A stretch of 63,467 bases of DNA, filler included, from Craspedostauros australis (taxonomy: Eukaryota): NCBI GenBank assembly GCA_030167865.1. It is 9 parts of 9 records of this genome, joined end to end, with 100 filler letters (N's around TTAATTAATTAA, not from the genome) between each part and the next. Parts side by side here need not be neighbours in the genome. Positions count along the whole stretch, not along the records: positions 42,719 to 48,114 come from JALAGF010003620.1; positions 48,215 to 53,610 come from JALAGF010003621.1; positions 53,711 to 57,977 come from JALAGF010003622.1; positions 58,078 to 60,151 come from JALAGF010003623.1; 5 more parts are not named here. One strand, 5' to 3'. Shown one piece after another: positions 48,068-60,251 of this stretch; positions within the stretch are counted from its first letter, which is position 1; each line of letters starts with the position of its first letter. A model generated the notes under the pieces. The model searched no databases and was not told where the DNA came from. It saw only the letters and a program-made list of their open reading frames with translations. A program made the position numbers and the translations under genes.

Positions 48068-48214
48068 TGTGATGATCGGGAGACGATACGGGATGTGTTG
48101 TGTGTGTGATGATGNNNNNNNNNNNNNNNNNNNNNNNNNNNNNNNNNNNNNNNNNNNNTTAATTAATTAANNNNNNNNNNNNNNNNNNNNNNNNNNNNNN
48201 NNNNNNNNNNNNNN

Positions 48215-51200
48215 CGATGTCGGATGTCGACGCCCCAATCCGCATCAGTGTACCCGTACAACGTTGAGGCATCAAGATGTTGTATGCCGGTGGCATCGTG
48301 GACGGCATCATCGGTCGGCGAAAGGCGGACTGGGCGGGGTGCTGCGGGGAGACTCATGAGTGGCTGTATCCTCCAGTAGGTGACACCGTGGTCGCGCGTG
48401 CCAGCGACATACCGCATGAGATACTTCACCCCTTCAAAATGTAGAGCAGCTGGGTTGGCGGAGAACTGCGAGAGCTTCACGACGGGGAAAGAAATGTCAG
48501 GCCGACATGAAATCATCGCCCATATCAGCTCGCCAATAGCCTGCCTGTACCCGAACTTGAACTGGCTTGCCACACGAAGTCGCTCATCGTCATCGACTGG
48601 GAGCACCGCCTTATCCAGACTCTTGACATAAGAATTGTCGGACCGCATGGGCAACCGCTGTGTGGTCTTGAAGTTCTGCCACTGGTACCGCTCCAGCACC
48701 TTGTCAATGTAGGAAGTGCAGTGCACCTTGACGAAATCCTGGGTCTGATCGACGTCCAAACCATTGTAATGAACAATGAGGCCTTGTCGCGTCATGGGCT
48801 GGAAGAGATGTTTGTCCAACAAGTCGCAGAACGCGCTGAAGACGGCCTCGTTGGTGGCGGCAACTGCGAAATCATCCACTTGTCGAAGCACGTAGACCTT
48901 GGAAGAAAGGACGCGTCCCATGTAAAGGCAGGGAGCATGCGTGGTACCATGGAAACCCATGCGCTTCAGAAGGCCATTGACATGACAGCTCCACTGTCGG
49001 GGCGCCTCGGGATGTCCCTGAAGGTTCTTGAGGACTGGAATCACGGCTCCTCGTGGCATGAGTTTGCCCCGTCGCTTCTCCCACCAAGTGCGGTACTGCT
49101 CATCCACCCTCATGTAGTACCGTTGTTCTCCAGCAGGAGCCTCCGCGAACGCATTGGTGACATCAGAGCCGTATACCCGTAGACCCTGTATCGCCGCAAT
49201 GGCCAGAAGAATACGGAACTCGGTTAGATCCGGCGTAGCAGCGTAGGTGTGCCCAAAGATCCGAGCGTGTCCGCCACGGGTTGATCCATCACAAACAGCA
49301 CGAGCTTTCTTGCGATTGTTTTCGTGAGTCTTGACGACGTATACCCACACCCAGTTGAACACCGCAGCGTCGGCCGGTGGTAGCACAGGGTCTCCAAACA
49401 TCTGCTGCGCATCGTATTGATCAAGCTGCTTGTCTTCAGCGGCGCTCCACTCGGGCCAGTCATCCTGCTGTCGAAGCGTACGCCGAGTCAACTTTGTCGG
49501 GGCACTCGCAACGCTGGTAGCGTGAGCTGTGGGACGAGCTGACTCAATGATGTCCTGGACATGCCTGAGTTGATCGAAGTACATCTGGGGCACGCCAGTT
49601 TGAGACATCGCGTTGCGCACATCATCGAATGCGAATACGAACGTGGCACTGGTAGCCTTGGCATCACGGAGCTGCTGTATCCGCGTCTTGAGCTGCGCCA
49701 GTGTGTGCACATCAACACCATCCACCGCAAGGAGGTGTGAGTGTCGAAGCCGGGACCGCCATCGCGGAATGCGAGCAGACGGTTGTCCTGGCCTGCACAT
49801 CACTAGCACAAGACGATCACGCTGGGCATCGTGAGTGAATTCCATCCCAAGCGTGCCATCCGAGCCAGCGATTGCGACCACCTGATCGAAGCTGTACCCG
49901 AAAGGATCATCGGCCATTTCGATGTCGACCGTGTGCGCTGCATGGGTGGTCTGACACATTGCAGCAGAAGCATGCTGTGCAGCTCGGTCAACCAGATCAC
50001 CAAGAGGAAGTGGGATGCGACACGCAATCGGCGGTGTTTTCGCAATCTTGGACCGGGACGGAGGATAAGCGGCGCCAGTGACGACAGCATCAGGTTGTGC
50101 GTCAGCACTTGGTTGCTCGAAACCCAAATCGAAGAGTAGCTGCGGGCCAGGTGGCCTGTCGTGGGACGAAAAATGCGCCTCATCGAAGACAATGTTGCCT
50201 GCTCGCTTAAACCGGCCAGTACGCATGTCGTAGTACTCATGCAGCGTTGATGTAGCTGTGTGCCCGACAAAGATGCCATCGTAGGTATGCGCATCAAGCT
50301 TGGCGGCGGCCTTTCCCGGCTTCTTGACCGTGACTCGAGACCCGAACACACGCAGGTGCGACAGATCTGGAACAACCCCATGCTGGCACTGATAAGGTGT
50401 CATGCGAATGCCTGAATGGTAGAGCCGATTCTTGATGTACACCGCATGTGCCAGAGCCTTCGACCAGAAGTGCGGCTGCATGCCAGACGAGTACAACAGG
50501 GCGCGTACCATCGTGCCAAACGTCCTGTTGAGGCGCTCGACTTTGCCATTCATCCACGCACAGTCTGTGCCAGTGGGCTCCACAGTGTATCCGCACTCGA
50601 ATACCATCTCGCGAAATTGATCTGACCTTGCAAGTTCGCCGCCCAAGTCGACGCGCACGGCACGATAGCCGTCGGAGCGCCCAAAGGACGAAAGCACATG
50701 CCGAACAGCCGCAAGTGGTGGCGACTTGTCCTTGGTCATGAAAACCCACACGTAAGCAGTGAAGGCATCCACAACGAGCAGATAAGCGCAGTATCCATCG
50801 ATGGACTTCACCACTCGTGGCGTATTGTGGCCTGACTTCCCGCGTCCATACGCAGCGTTCGTGGCTCGCATGAACCCGAAGTCAACATGGAACCTGGCAC
50901 CGCGCACGTTGGCTGTGGTAGTATCGTTGGGCCCACGTGCCGCATGTTGGTATCCAGCCTGGCTGCACGCGTCGCAATGCCGCAATGGATGCACTCCGGC
51001 GACTGCCGCATCAGGAATGCCAGTGGCACACTTGGTCAGGTGTCGGAGCTGGCTCATGCCAACATGTCCCAGCCGAAGATGCCACAGCTCGGACACAAGA
51101 GCCTTGGACGCCTTGCGGACGGAGAACACTTGGTGAGATGGTCCTTCGAAGTAATAGAGCCCGTTACGAACCACCAAAGGTATCTCCACACGGCCAGCCT

Positions 51201-51750
51201 CCGACGTGAACACGACTTTGGCACCGTGGGGTTCGGACTCGACGCAGAAGCCGTGAAAGTCATTGTCGGTTTGACGAACGACTGCTTGGGGTGATATCAG
51301 GGTGTCCGCCAGGTGTGGGCAGTGCAGCATTCTCACGTCCACATGTACTCCATCAGAGCCATGCAGCCGCATGAATCCCGCACCTGGACATGCCATGGCC
51401 GGAGCCGACGCATTGGCAGCTTCCAGCAACACTGGCGTCGCAAAAGTGCCGTATTCCCGCAGCAGTCGTAGGTGGGGCGTGGCGGAAACATTGGCCCCAG
51501 GGTCGCACTGGCCGTTGTCCTGACGCCGCCATGCACGTTGGCCACATGGCGAGGACACGACCGCAAAAACCTGGAGCTCGTCATGAGCCACAATGGGCAC
51601 CAACTTGGATGGGCACCCGTGTTGGTAGGCTTGGGCAAGCGAAGACACCTCTCCACGTGGAGCGCCTACCGGTGTCTCGCATTCACCTGAAATTGCGCGT
51701 AGCTGTTCACCAGGGAGCGACGTTACTCCTGGCCAGCATGCACAAAATCC
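48215..51750 (-). CDS. pol: Copia family A Pol (second copy, truncated by gap)
   Basis: Same motifs as 42719-46254. Confidence 0.9.
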
Positions 51751-53429
51751 TGAAGGAGCATATTCGCAACGTGGGTCGCGATGTCCTCCTCGTCCAACTC
51801 ATCGACCGCCCCAAGGTCATCACTCGTCACCTGAAGGGCTCTTGCGAAGGCACGAGACTTGTCCTTGGTGTATGTATCCTTGAACTTCTCCAGCACTGCT
51901 GATGCCAGGTCAGGCTTGGACTCACGGAGTTCAGCGAACGCCAGGTGCCGTGCCCAATTGAGACAGGAGGCAGCCTTGTGTCCACCACGGCGGCAAGCCT
52001 CGCAGAACGCGTCTTTATCAGGTTGATAAAACGCAGACCGCTTGCGCTCACCCTTGGGTCCACCACCACCGCCTTGTCGAGCAGATGAGCGGGTTTGAAC
52101 ACGGTGCCCAATGGGTCGATGAGCCGCGGTAGGGTCTGGGTGAATGGACCGAGCCAGTGCCGACACATGTAAGTGCGGTGGCACACGCTTGGACGCGGGC
52201 TGCAACTCCAGGGAAGTGATGAGGTGCCCTACGTCCATGCCATTCGAACGGAGATCCTCAAGAAACCGGCGAGTCAACTCGACATCGGTGAAATGCCGCT
52301 TGTGCACCACTGTCTCTGTCTGCTGGTATGCAAGCAGAGCATCTGCAAAGAGTACGATGTCCTTGTACTCCGAGTAAGTGGGTGCCTGGCTGACCGTGCG
52401 CTCAATTCGCTGGAACGCGTCGAGGAGCACCTGATGTAAGAGAAGATACCCAGAGAGCCGATGAGGAATGACCCCAAAACACGCAGTGTGGTACATCTTC
52501 ACAGACGGATTGTCAAGATCAAGGACGCCATCCTCCTGCAGCTTACGATTGAGCTGAACCCCGGACCGGTGTACGATGTCGCGCGGAGCATTCCTGGGAA
52601 TGAGGGAGCACCTTGGGTTGAAATGCGAAAGGGGAACCAGGGCCACGCCAACACGATCTGCCTCACTCTGTAGGTGGGTGTACCACTTCATCACGTCGGC
52701 AGGATCATCGACAGACAACTGACTGGTCCACCGTTGCCAATAGCCCAACGCATCGCGATCGGGTTCGAGGGGAGACAGAATGGCGTCGTAGGTGAAGTGC
52801 GCGGTCGCGGCAGGGTTGCCATTGGCCACCGAGTACGGAAGGCCTGACCCAGTAATGTAGTCGTGCGACTCTCGTGGCTCACGCGCGGGCGCGGCACCGG
52901 AGATGTCCAGCGGACTCTCAACGGTGGCACCTGGGGATTCACCAGGGGGCACGCGTACACCAGAACCATCCGCGGCAGGTCCATAGTGGCCAGCAGCGGT
53001 AGTGGTCACATCACTAGCAGCCAGAGCGCCTGTATCAGTGGGTGGAGACGGTGGTAGCACACTGGCACCTTCAGTAGGCGGAGGCGGCTTGAGGGAAAGG
53101 TTGACAGGAGTCGTCTTGCCGTCGCGCTTGAACTTGCGCAGGGTTTCGCGGTCAAGAGTGGTCACCCACGACTCGACGTCGGGATTGTCGCGATAATACG
53201 CGCGGAGCTGGCGAAGACCAAACTCACGGGTTGGAGAGTTCTTTGCCCATGCGGCAAGAAACCCATCGAAGACGTCATCGTCCAACTCAAGGAAGTCCCA
53301 GAGGTCGAGGGTGTCTTGAATGTTAGCGCCAGTGACGAAGAGACCAGCCCAGTGCCAGTTGAGGCGGGCGAAGAGGTCCGAGAGACCTTTGAGTTCGTCA
53401 GAACTGAGAGGGTCGTTTTTGGCAGGCAT
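51723..53429 (-). CDS. gag: Copia family A Gag (second copy)
   Basis: Translation identical to 46227-47933. Confidence 0.88.
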   Translation of the reverse strand: MPAKNDPLSSDELKGLSDLFARLNWHWAGLFVTGANIQDTLDLWDFLELDDDVFDGFLAAWAKNSPTREFGLRQLRAYYRDNPDVESWVTTLDRETLRKFKRDGKTTPVNLSLKPPPPTEGASVLPPSPPTDTGALAASDVTTTAAGHYGPAADGSGVRVPPGESPGATVESPLDISGAAPAREPRESHDYITGSGLPYSVANGNPAATAHFTYDAILSPLEPDRDALGYWQRWTSQLSVDDPADVMKWYTHLQSEADRVGVALVPLSHFNPRCSLIPRNAPRDIVHRSGVQLNRKLQEDGVLDLDNPSVKMYHTACFGVIPHRLSGYLLLHQVLLDAFQRIERTVSQAPTYSEYKDIVLFADALLAYQQTETVVHKRHFTDVELTRRFLEDLRSNGMDVGHLITSLELQPASKRVPPHLHVSALARSIHPDPTAAHRPIGHRVQTRSSARQGGGGGPKGERKRSAFYQPDKDAFCEACRRGGHKAASCLNWARHLAFAELRESKPDLASAVLEKFKDTYTKDKSRAFARALQVTSDDLGAVDELDEEDIATHVANMLLQDFVHAGQE

Positions 53430-53710
53430 GATGGGGCAAAAGTGGAACGGGTGTAGAGAGCGAGGGAAGGAGCGAGAAAGGAAGCTGCGCGGATGGGTAT
53501 TTCCAGTAACAGCAGAGGGTACAGAGTAGCAGGATTAGCACTAAAGCTTATTTCCTCATAACCTGTGATGATCGGGAGACGATACGGGATGTGTTGTGTG
53601 TGTGATGATGNNNNNNNNNNNNNNNNNNNNNNNNNNNNNNNNNNNNNNNNNNNNTTAATTAATTAANNNNNNNNNNNNNNNNNNNNNNNNNNNNNNNNNN
53701 NNNNNNNNNN

Positions 53711-54886
53711 GGGCTTGCAGTATTCCAAGGATGTGAGAACCATATCCGCCCTGTCATTGTTTCCAGAGCTATTTTTGTTCTCCGATGAAGGCTTGTTGTT
53801 GGCAGTGATTCGACCCTCAGAGACATGACGTTTCTTCAACCGACATTCCGCCTCCATGTGGCCAAACTTGCCGCAGTACGTGCAGCGTTCTCCATTTCCG
53901 CTGTTACCATTGTTGCCGTTTCCGTTGCCCTTGCCGTTGCTGTTTCCTTTGCCTCTCTTCTTTCCAGTCTTCTTGCCTTTGCCTCCTTTCTTGCCGTTTG
54001 GACAGTCGGCTCCCTTGTGTCCATACTCGTTGCACTTGCGGCATCGTCCCTTGAATCCACCCATAGTGGCGTGGGCATGGTCAGCCTTGCTTGAGTTGTC
54101 TTCCACATCCAAAACATATGCCTTTTGGTTGGTTTGGCGCATCCATGTCAAGTTTGTCACTTCCCTGACAGTGGAGATCGCGACCGAAGAGGCGTTCATT
54201 CGCATCTGTTGCTCGATCAAAAGGATGTCTTGAGAGTACTCATTCGACATCGTTGCCAAAACATGAAGTATGAATTCTTCATCCGTCATTGTGAGCCCCA
54301 CTTCCGACATGCAAAGTCGTAAGAGCTCTAGCTTGGTGATGTAGAGGTCCGGATCAGCGTTCTTTCCCATTTTCTCATTGTTGAATTGGTACTTTAGCTT
54401 GATCTTTGTGGACGTGTTGGTCGGCTTGTATTTTTCTTCGAGGGCTTTCCAAGCAGAGCGAGCATCTCCGTACGGGTATTCATGACTCTCGTACTTTTGG
54501 ATCATTACCAGCACAGCCTTTCCTGCAGCTGTCTCATTATCCATCATCAACACAAGATCTGCAAAGGCTTGCTTGTTCCTTGCTTGGATCTTGGCTTGTT
54601 TGTCTGCCTCAGCTGCTGGAACCGCACTGAGCTTCGACACTGGTAGAGTTTCCTCATTTCCCTTGTAAACATCACTGGTATTTCGCAGCACCGAGAATGC
54701 CTTCGCCATCAAAATCCATGATGCATATCCCTCCCGGGATCCGTCGAACTTGGGTCCGCGTTTGAAGGTGGCGGTGCGATCGTCGTCACTCATCGTGATC
54801 GGAACAGTTGTTGGCTTGCCTGCCTTTTCCAACAGTTCGATGTCTTCCGATTTGACGGGGTCTGGTCGTAGTTCTGTACCTGACAT
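53711..54886 (-). CDS. gag: Copia family B Gag (start of gag-pol, cut by gap)
   Basis: PKFDG..Y..W, AWKALEEKY, DPDLYITKLE; two knuckles CRKCNEYGHKGADC and CTYCGKFGHMEAEC. Confidence 0.9.
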
Positions 54887-54983
54887 GCACTAATCACACA
54901 GAGTTCCGAGTTTAACGTTTCGAAACGTGTTAGAAACCCTATGATCTTAGCCAAGGCAGAATGCCAGAGTTTGTGCAGCAACC

Positions 54984-55830
54984 TGTAGAGGTCGAGCTAT
55001 TGGTTGATTGTTGTTGCAGTGAGTGTGTGAGTGTGTGAGTGTGTGTCAGGAATCGGGGATACGACTTCGCAAAGATACCCTATTCTACCGCAGCTCCCAC
55101 GAGGACTGACTGGAACCGGAATGGTATTAAGTGCAAAGATGCCCATGATTGCCGCAACCCCAATAGCATCTACCAGACAAACCGCAACCTAGCAATCGAC
55201 CAGATGCACTCGGACAGCCCAATGGCCTTACCTGTCTTATGCGACATCCAAGCACCCTCATCCAGTGGCCTACTTGGCCATGTCCCGATAACGGTCGGGA
55301 ACGGAGAGATCTATGAGGATGGCAACACACCAGCCCTGAGCAAATCGAATGAGCGCGACAACCAATATATCTGAACAAGTCGACGCGTCCCTGAGAACCT
55401 AATGTGAGAAAGCGAAACAGAGGCGATCCCTATTCACCCAAGACCACGATCCAGACGACAATAAGTTCCAAACATCCAAAGGCAACCATCAAGATGACCG
55501 AAGGGAGGAACTGAAATGACACGAACCAAAGTGGGACCAGTGAGATGACAGGAGACCGAAGGAGAGGTACCTACAGGTCTACGAGTATGAACTTGACGAA
55601 TGTAGGTACTCTCCAACCTTCAGCTAAGCAAGCGATGAACCGCGATGAACGCAAGATGGAGACACAGACGAAAGGAGCCAAGCTAAAGGGTGTAACCTTG
55701 GGTGGCTACCGCAGATCATGCTTGTTGTGAAAGTGGAATCGAAAGGAGATGAGCATGTTGTGCTCACAGTTCTAAAACGGCACAGACTGATAACAGATTA
55801 GTCTACTACTATGACCCCGGATTTCCAACA
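54984..55830 (-). mobile_element. Probable 5' LTR of Copia family B
   Basis: On the minus strand starts TGTTGG (55830) and ends ..CTACA (54984), about 100 bp upstream of the gag ATG. No second LTR in the window to confirm. Confidence 0.6.
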
Positions 55831-55909
55831 AGTGTGTGAGTGTGTGAGTGTGTGAGTGTGTGTGTGAGTGTGTGAGTGTGTGAGTGTGTGAGTGTGTGAG
55901 TGTGTGTGA
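55831..55909. repeat. GT/GA microsatellite (mostly GTGTGTGA units)
   Basis: Visible directly; the same motif occurs at 55019-55046 inside the LTR. Confidence 0.9.
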
Positions 55910-56919
55910 GGTTGTTTGATTGTTGTCCAAGTTGGGGTTTTATGATTAGATTTTATCGTATGATTGTTTCCTGCAATTTTATTACGGTGCTATCGTGGCC
56001 CCTGTGTAAATTCCCGCAGTAATCACTTCTGACTTTTGGTTTTCCTTTTTGTATCCTCTCAGTAGTATACCGTGTTGATCCGGTGTCGTCCCACGTGATT
56101 TTTCGTCTTGTTGGTGTCGCAACGAGTCCAAACGTATTGCACCAAAAGACGGACACTCTTCGAGTTTCTCCGATGTTCTTTTGAGTTTCCGAATTTCTCT
56201 GGTCATCGCACACAGAGAACATGACAGGATGTCCATTGCATTCCAACAGTGTCTGCCTTGCCTTCTGTTTCTCTGTTTGCATTGAAGACTCATTCCTTGA
56301 TACATTGTTGGTAGTTCGTATTCCACCCATCGCCTTCCAAGCATGCGACCCAGCATGCGATCATAGGAGCGGATGTTTCTGTCTTGCCATCTGTTTCTCT
56401 GTTTGCATTGAAGATTCATTCCTCGATGTATTGTTGGTAGTTCGCATTACACCCATTGCCTTCCGGGAGCAGGGGAAAATGCCGACATATTGACAGCGGC
56501 TGGGAAAATGCACTCATTTAGCGCAATTTTATGCCGCTCATTTCCCAGGACTAAAAAACGAGTCCCATTGCATTTGTCACGGATCNTTGGCAGCAACAAC
56601 TGGGACCATTTGCTGAGTTTTGATTAGTACCAACATGGGGAACCATCATAGTGGTTGTCATTTCCACCGACGCACATGTCGGTGAAATACTCGGCCGATA
56701 CTGCGACCGCAATTTTGACGCAACTGTCACTACTGATTTTGATGCGTTGGTACTCCCATGACGAACATGTTACTTTGGATTTAAGCACGGTGCAGTTCAG
56801 TTGAGATGTTGTGTTATGTTTGGTGGCTATTTCATTGCTGGTTTACTACATTCGTTTTGGGTTGTTTTTGTATTTGTGGGGGTTTTGTCCTGTTTGCTTC
56901 TGTTGGCTGTTTGTGGCGA

Positions 56920-57125
56920 TTGCTGTTTCTTTTCATAGTTGGTGCTGTCCGTTGTTCCTTTCTCTTGGCTCTGTTGCTTGTGCTTTCTTTTCATAGTTGG
57001 TGCTGTCCGTTGTTCCTTTCTGGTGGCTGTTTGTCGCGATTGCTGTTTCTTTCTTTTCATCGTTGGTGCTGTCCGTTGTTCTCACTCTTTCTCTTCATAG
57101 TTGGTGCTGTTGCTTGTGCTCTCTT
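56920..57125. repeat. Degenerate tandem repeats with core TTCATAGTTGGTGCTGT(CCGTTGTTC), 4 units
   Basis: Core seen near 56932, 56990, 57056 and 57094. Confidence 0.75.
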
Positions 57126-57977
57126 CGTTGCTGCTGCTTTCTTCGTCAGTGCTTTCTTCGGATGCACCTGGCTGTGGGAGCGCGTTGCCTGCTGCTCTTG
57201 CCATGGCAGCAGCTGCTGCTGCTATGGCTGTTGCACGTGGCTGCGGGGGCACATTGGCCGCCATCGCGACTCCTGTGGTGGTTGGTGTGTTGACTGCTGC
57301 TGCCACGCCTGGCTGTGGGGGCGCGTTGGCCGCCGTCTCGACGGCGGTGTTGGTTGGTGTGTTGGCTGCTGCTCTTGCCATGGCAGCTGCAGCTGCCAAG
57401 GCTGCCATATCTGGGAGCCGGGGCGCGTTGGCCGCCGTCTCGACTCCGGTGTTGGTTGGTGTGCTGGCTGGTGCGCTGGCTGGTGCACTGGCTGGTGCTG
57501 CGGAAGCAGCTACCATTGGGCGTGTGGACACCGCGGTGGGTGGGTCCTTGCGCTGCTTTGTTGCAGCAACGCAACCATGGTTCCAGTTGGGTGCGTTGCC
57601 AGTGGGGCGGGGACCGCCATGGTGAGAGGCGGTCCCAACGTGGTGGCTTGTGTTGTTGTTGTTGGATGGTGTTGTGTTGGGGTGGTTTTGGTTTTTGTGG
57701 TTGTTGTTGTGGGCTGGAGAGACGGAATCCGCACTGTTTGCGTGAATGGTGTACACACTGCGCACGCTCGCAGTGTGTTGGTGTTGTTCATTGTTGTTGC
57801 TCCTGACAATCTCCGGTGCCATCACCACTTCCGCGTTCGTGTTGGTGCTGACATACGACTGCACACGATCAGCATGGACGGCATTCGCATTGCTCTTTTC
57901 AGCGACAAACGGTTCATCAACGCTGTCATCACTCAAAAGGTCGATGACATCAGGCTGGACAAGCAGAAGGGAAGAAG
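57082..57977 (-). CDS. 3' part of a low-complexity repetitive protein (5' end lost in gap)
   Basis: Frame open to the gap; DVIDLLSDDS followed by repeats of TPTNTGVETAANAP..PG.AA. Confidence 0.4.
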
Positions 57978-58077
57978 NNNNNNNNNNNNNNNNNNNNNNN
58001 NNNNNNNNNNNNNNNNNNNNNTTAATTAATTAANNNNNNNNNNNNNNNNNNNNNNNNNNNNNNNNNNNNNNNNNNNN

Positions 58078-60151
58078 GCTGAGGCAGACAAACAAGCCAA
58101 GATCCAAGCAAGGAACAAGCAAGCCTTTGCAGATCTTGTGTTGATGATGGATAATGAGACAGCTGCAGGAAAGGCTGTGCTGGTAATGATCCAAAAGTAC
58201 GAGAGTCATGAATACCCGTACGGAGATGCTCGCTCTGCTTGGAAAGCCCTCGAAGAAAAATACAAGCCGACCAACACGTCCACAAAGATCAAGCTAAAGT
58301 ACCAATTCAACAATGAGAAAATGGGAAAGAACGCTGATCCGGACCTCTACATCACCAAGCTAGAGCTCTTACGACTTTGCATGTCGGAAGTGGGGCTCAC
58401 AATGACGGATGAAGAATTCATACTTCATGTTTTGGCAACGATGTCGAATGAGTACTCTCAAGACATCCTTTTGATCGAGCAACAGATGCGAATGAACGCC
58501 TCTTCGGTCGCGATCTCCACTGTCAGGGAAGTGACAAACTTGACATGGATGCGCCAAACCAACCAAAAGGCATATGTTTTGGATGTGGAAGACAACTCAA
58601 GCAAGGCTGACCATGCCCACGCCACTATGGGTGGATTCAAGGGACGATGCCGCAAGTGCAACGAGTATGGACACAAGGGAGCCGACTGTCCAAACGGCAA
58701 GAAAGGAGGCAAAGGCAAGAAGACTGGAAAGAAGAGAGGCAAAGGAAACAGCAACGGCAAGGGCAACGGAAACGGCAACAATGGTAACAGCGGAAATGGA
58801 GAACGCTGCACGTACTGCGGCAAGTTTGGCCACATGGAGGCGGAATGTCGGTTGAAGAAACGTCATGTCTCTGAGGGTCGAATCACTGCCAACAACAAGC
58901 CTTCATCGGAGAACAAAAATAGCTCTGGAAACAATGACAGGGCGGATATGGTTCTCACATCCTTGGAATACTGCAAGCCCTAATAACACATTGAACACTC
59001 CAACTACACTCGTCTTCGTAGCATTCGAATGAGTCGTGTGGTAATCGTGTACCACAGGACGAATACTGATGCAGACATGAGACTCTTCATGTGTGATGAA
59101 TCGTAATGTCTTGATATCCGCAATTGCCGCAACTCCCATGTGGGATCGCTTTCTCGTCTCACAGACTGACTCGCAATTCAGATATATTGATTCCTCAATT
59201 CCACACCATCTTGTTGACACCTTGCAATTCAGATATATTGGGTCATCCAATAGATCTGAATAAGAAGTCCTCAATTGCACAGCTTCAGAATTATGGCAGT
59301 ACTGGTCATCGTGGAACTGAACGTGCCATCTGATCTTGTCTTCACCTCTGTGCTTGCAAACATGCATTTCCTCCCACATGTGAATGCAACAGTGCAAGGC
59401 ATCATTTTACAGCAGTATTGCTGTGTGCAACTTGTGCAATCTCATTGCATCATCATCATCTTGCATTGCACTCTTCGTGCTCACAATTCTGACTTCATCA
59501 GATTCAGAATTGGGCCAGCTTTCTTCGATAACATTACAGTCAAATTACTTGAGCACAACAAATTACAATACAATCTACATACTTCATTGTCGGATCTGAT
59601 CAGTCTTTATTTGGAGTAAGTACCCTATTATTGTATTCTGTTCTATCAAGCCCATTGCTAAAGAAGAGACTGCTGCCAACGAGGAAGAATCCTGGGATGT
59701 GGCCAATGACTTCTTTGACAACTTCGAGACTGTCAACGATCCTGAGACACTGATGGAAGAGCTGGACGACAATGCACTGATGGTCCAGGACCAAGGATCG
59801 CCTCCAGGATTTGAAGGAGCTTTGGTGGAAACTGCAATCGATATGACGGATATGGCTACCGATTCAACACCAACTGAGGAAACACTCCAGGACAACGAAC
59901 AAGGCAAAGGGAATCAACCAGCCATCACGTTCGAATATGGAGACTATGAAACATCCAACTCCGTTGGTATCAGATCCCAACATGTGGTGGAATGCAATGA
60001 TGAAATTCAAGACAACGGAAGGGATCGTTTGAGATTGGCAGTTTCGATTGCTGTCAACAACATGCCATGGCTCGGGGGAACTCCAGGATCTGGACAGGCA
60101 ACTGAGACGATGATGGACCTGCTCCACAGAATTGGAATCAACAACATTGAG
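58078..60151 (+). mobile_element. Copia family B variant with gag-pol interrupted by an insertion
   Basis: Matches 60252-61652 except for the insertion at 58981-59648 and some SNPs. Confidence 0.92.
58981..59648. mobile_element. 668-bp insertion, probable solo LTR, with target-site duplication AGCCC
   Basis: Absent in the copy at 61150-61160; flanked by AGCCC (58976-58980 and 59649-59653); ends TAATA..TATCA. Confidence 0.75.
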
Positions 60152-60251
60152 NNNNNNNNNNNNNNNNNNNNNNNNNNNNNNNNNNNNNNNNNNNNTTAAT
60201 TAATTAANNNNNNNNNNNNNNNNNNNNNNNNNNNNNNNNNNNNNNNNNNNN

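Larger units (their letters stand above)
42719..48114 (-). mobile_element. Ty1/Copia family A element: partial 5' LTR, PBS, gag, pol
   Basis: LTR end ..ATCACA at 48068, PBS, gag with CCHC, pol in PR-IN-RT-RH order. Confidence 0.95.
48215..53610 (-). mobile_element. Ty1/Copia family A element, near-identical variant of 42719-48114
   Basis: Same end points; differences confined to about 370 bp of integrase. Confidence 0.95.

Noticed and set aside
37585..53610. Apparent tandem and inverted array of Copia elements
   Set aside because: Each unit is a separate contig between spacers, so order and orientation carry no information.
56920..57125. CRISPR-like repeat array
   Set aside because: Repeats are degenerate, spacers resemble each other, there are no cas genes, and the context is eukaryotic.
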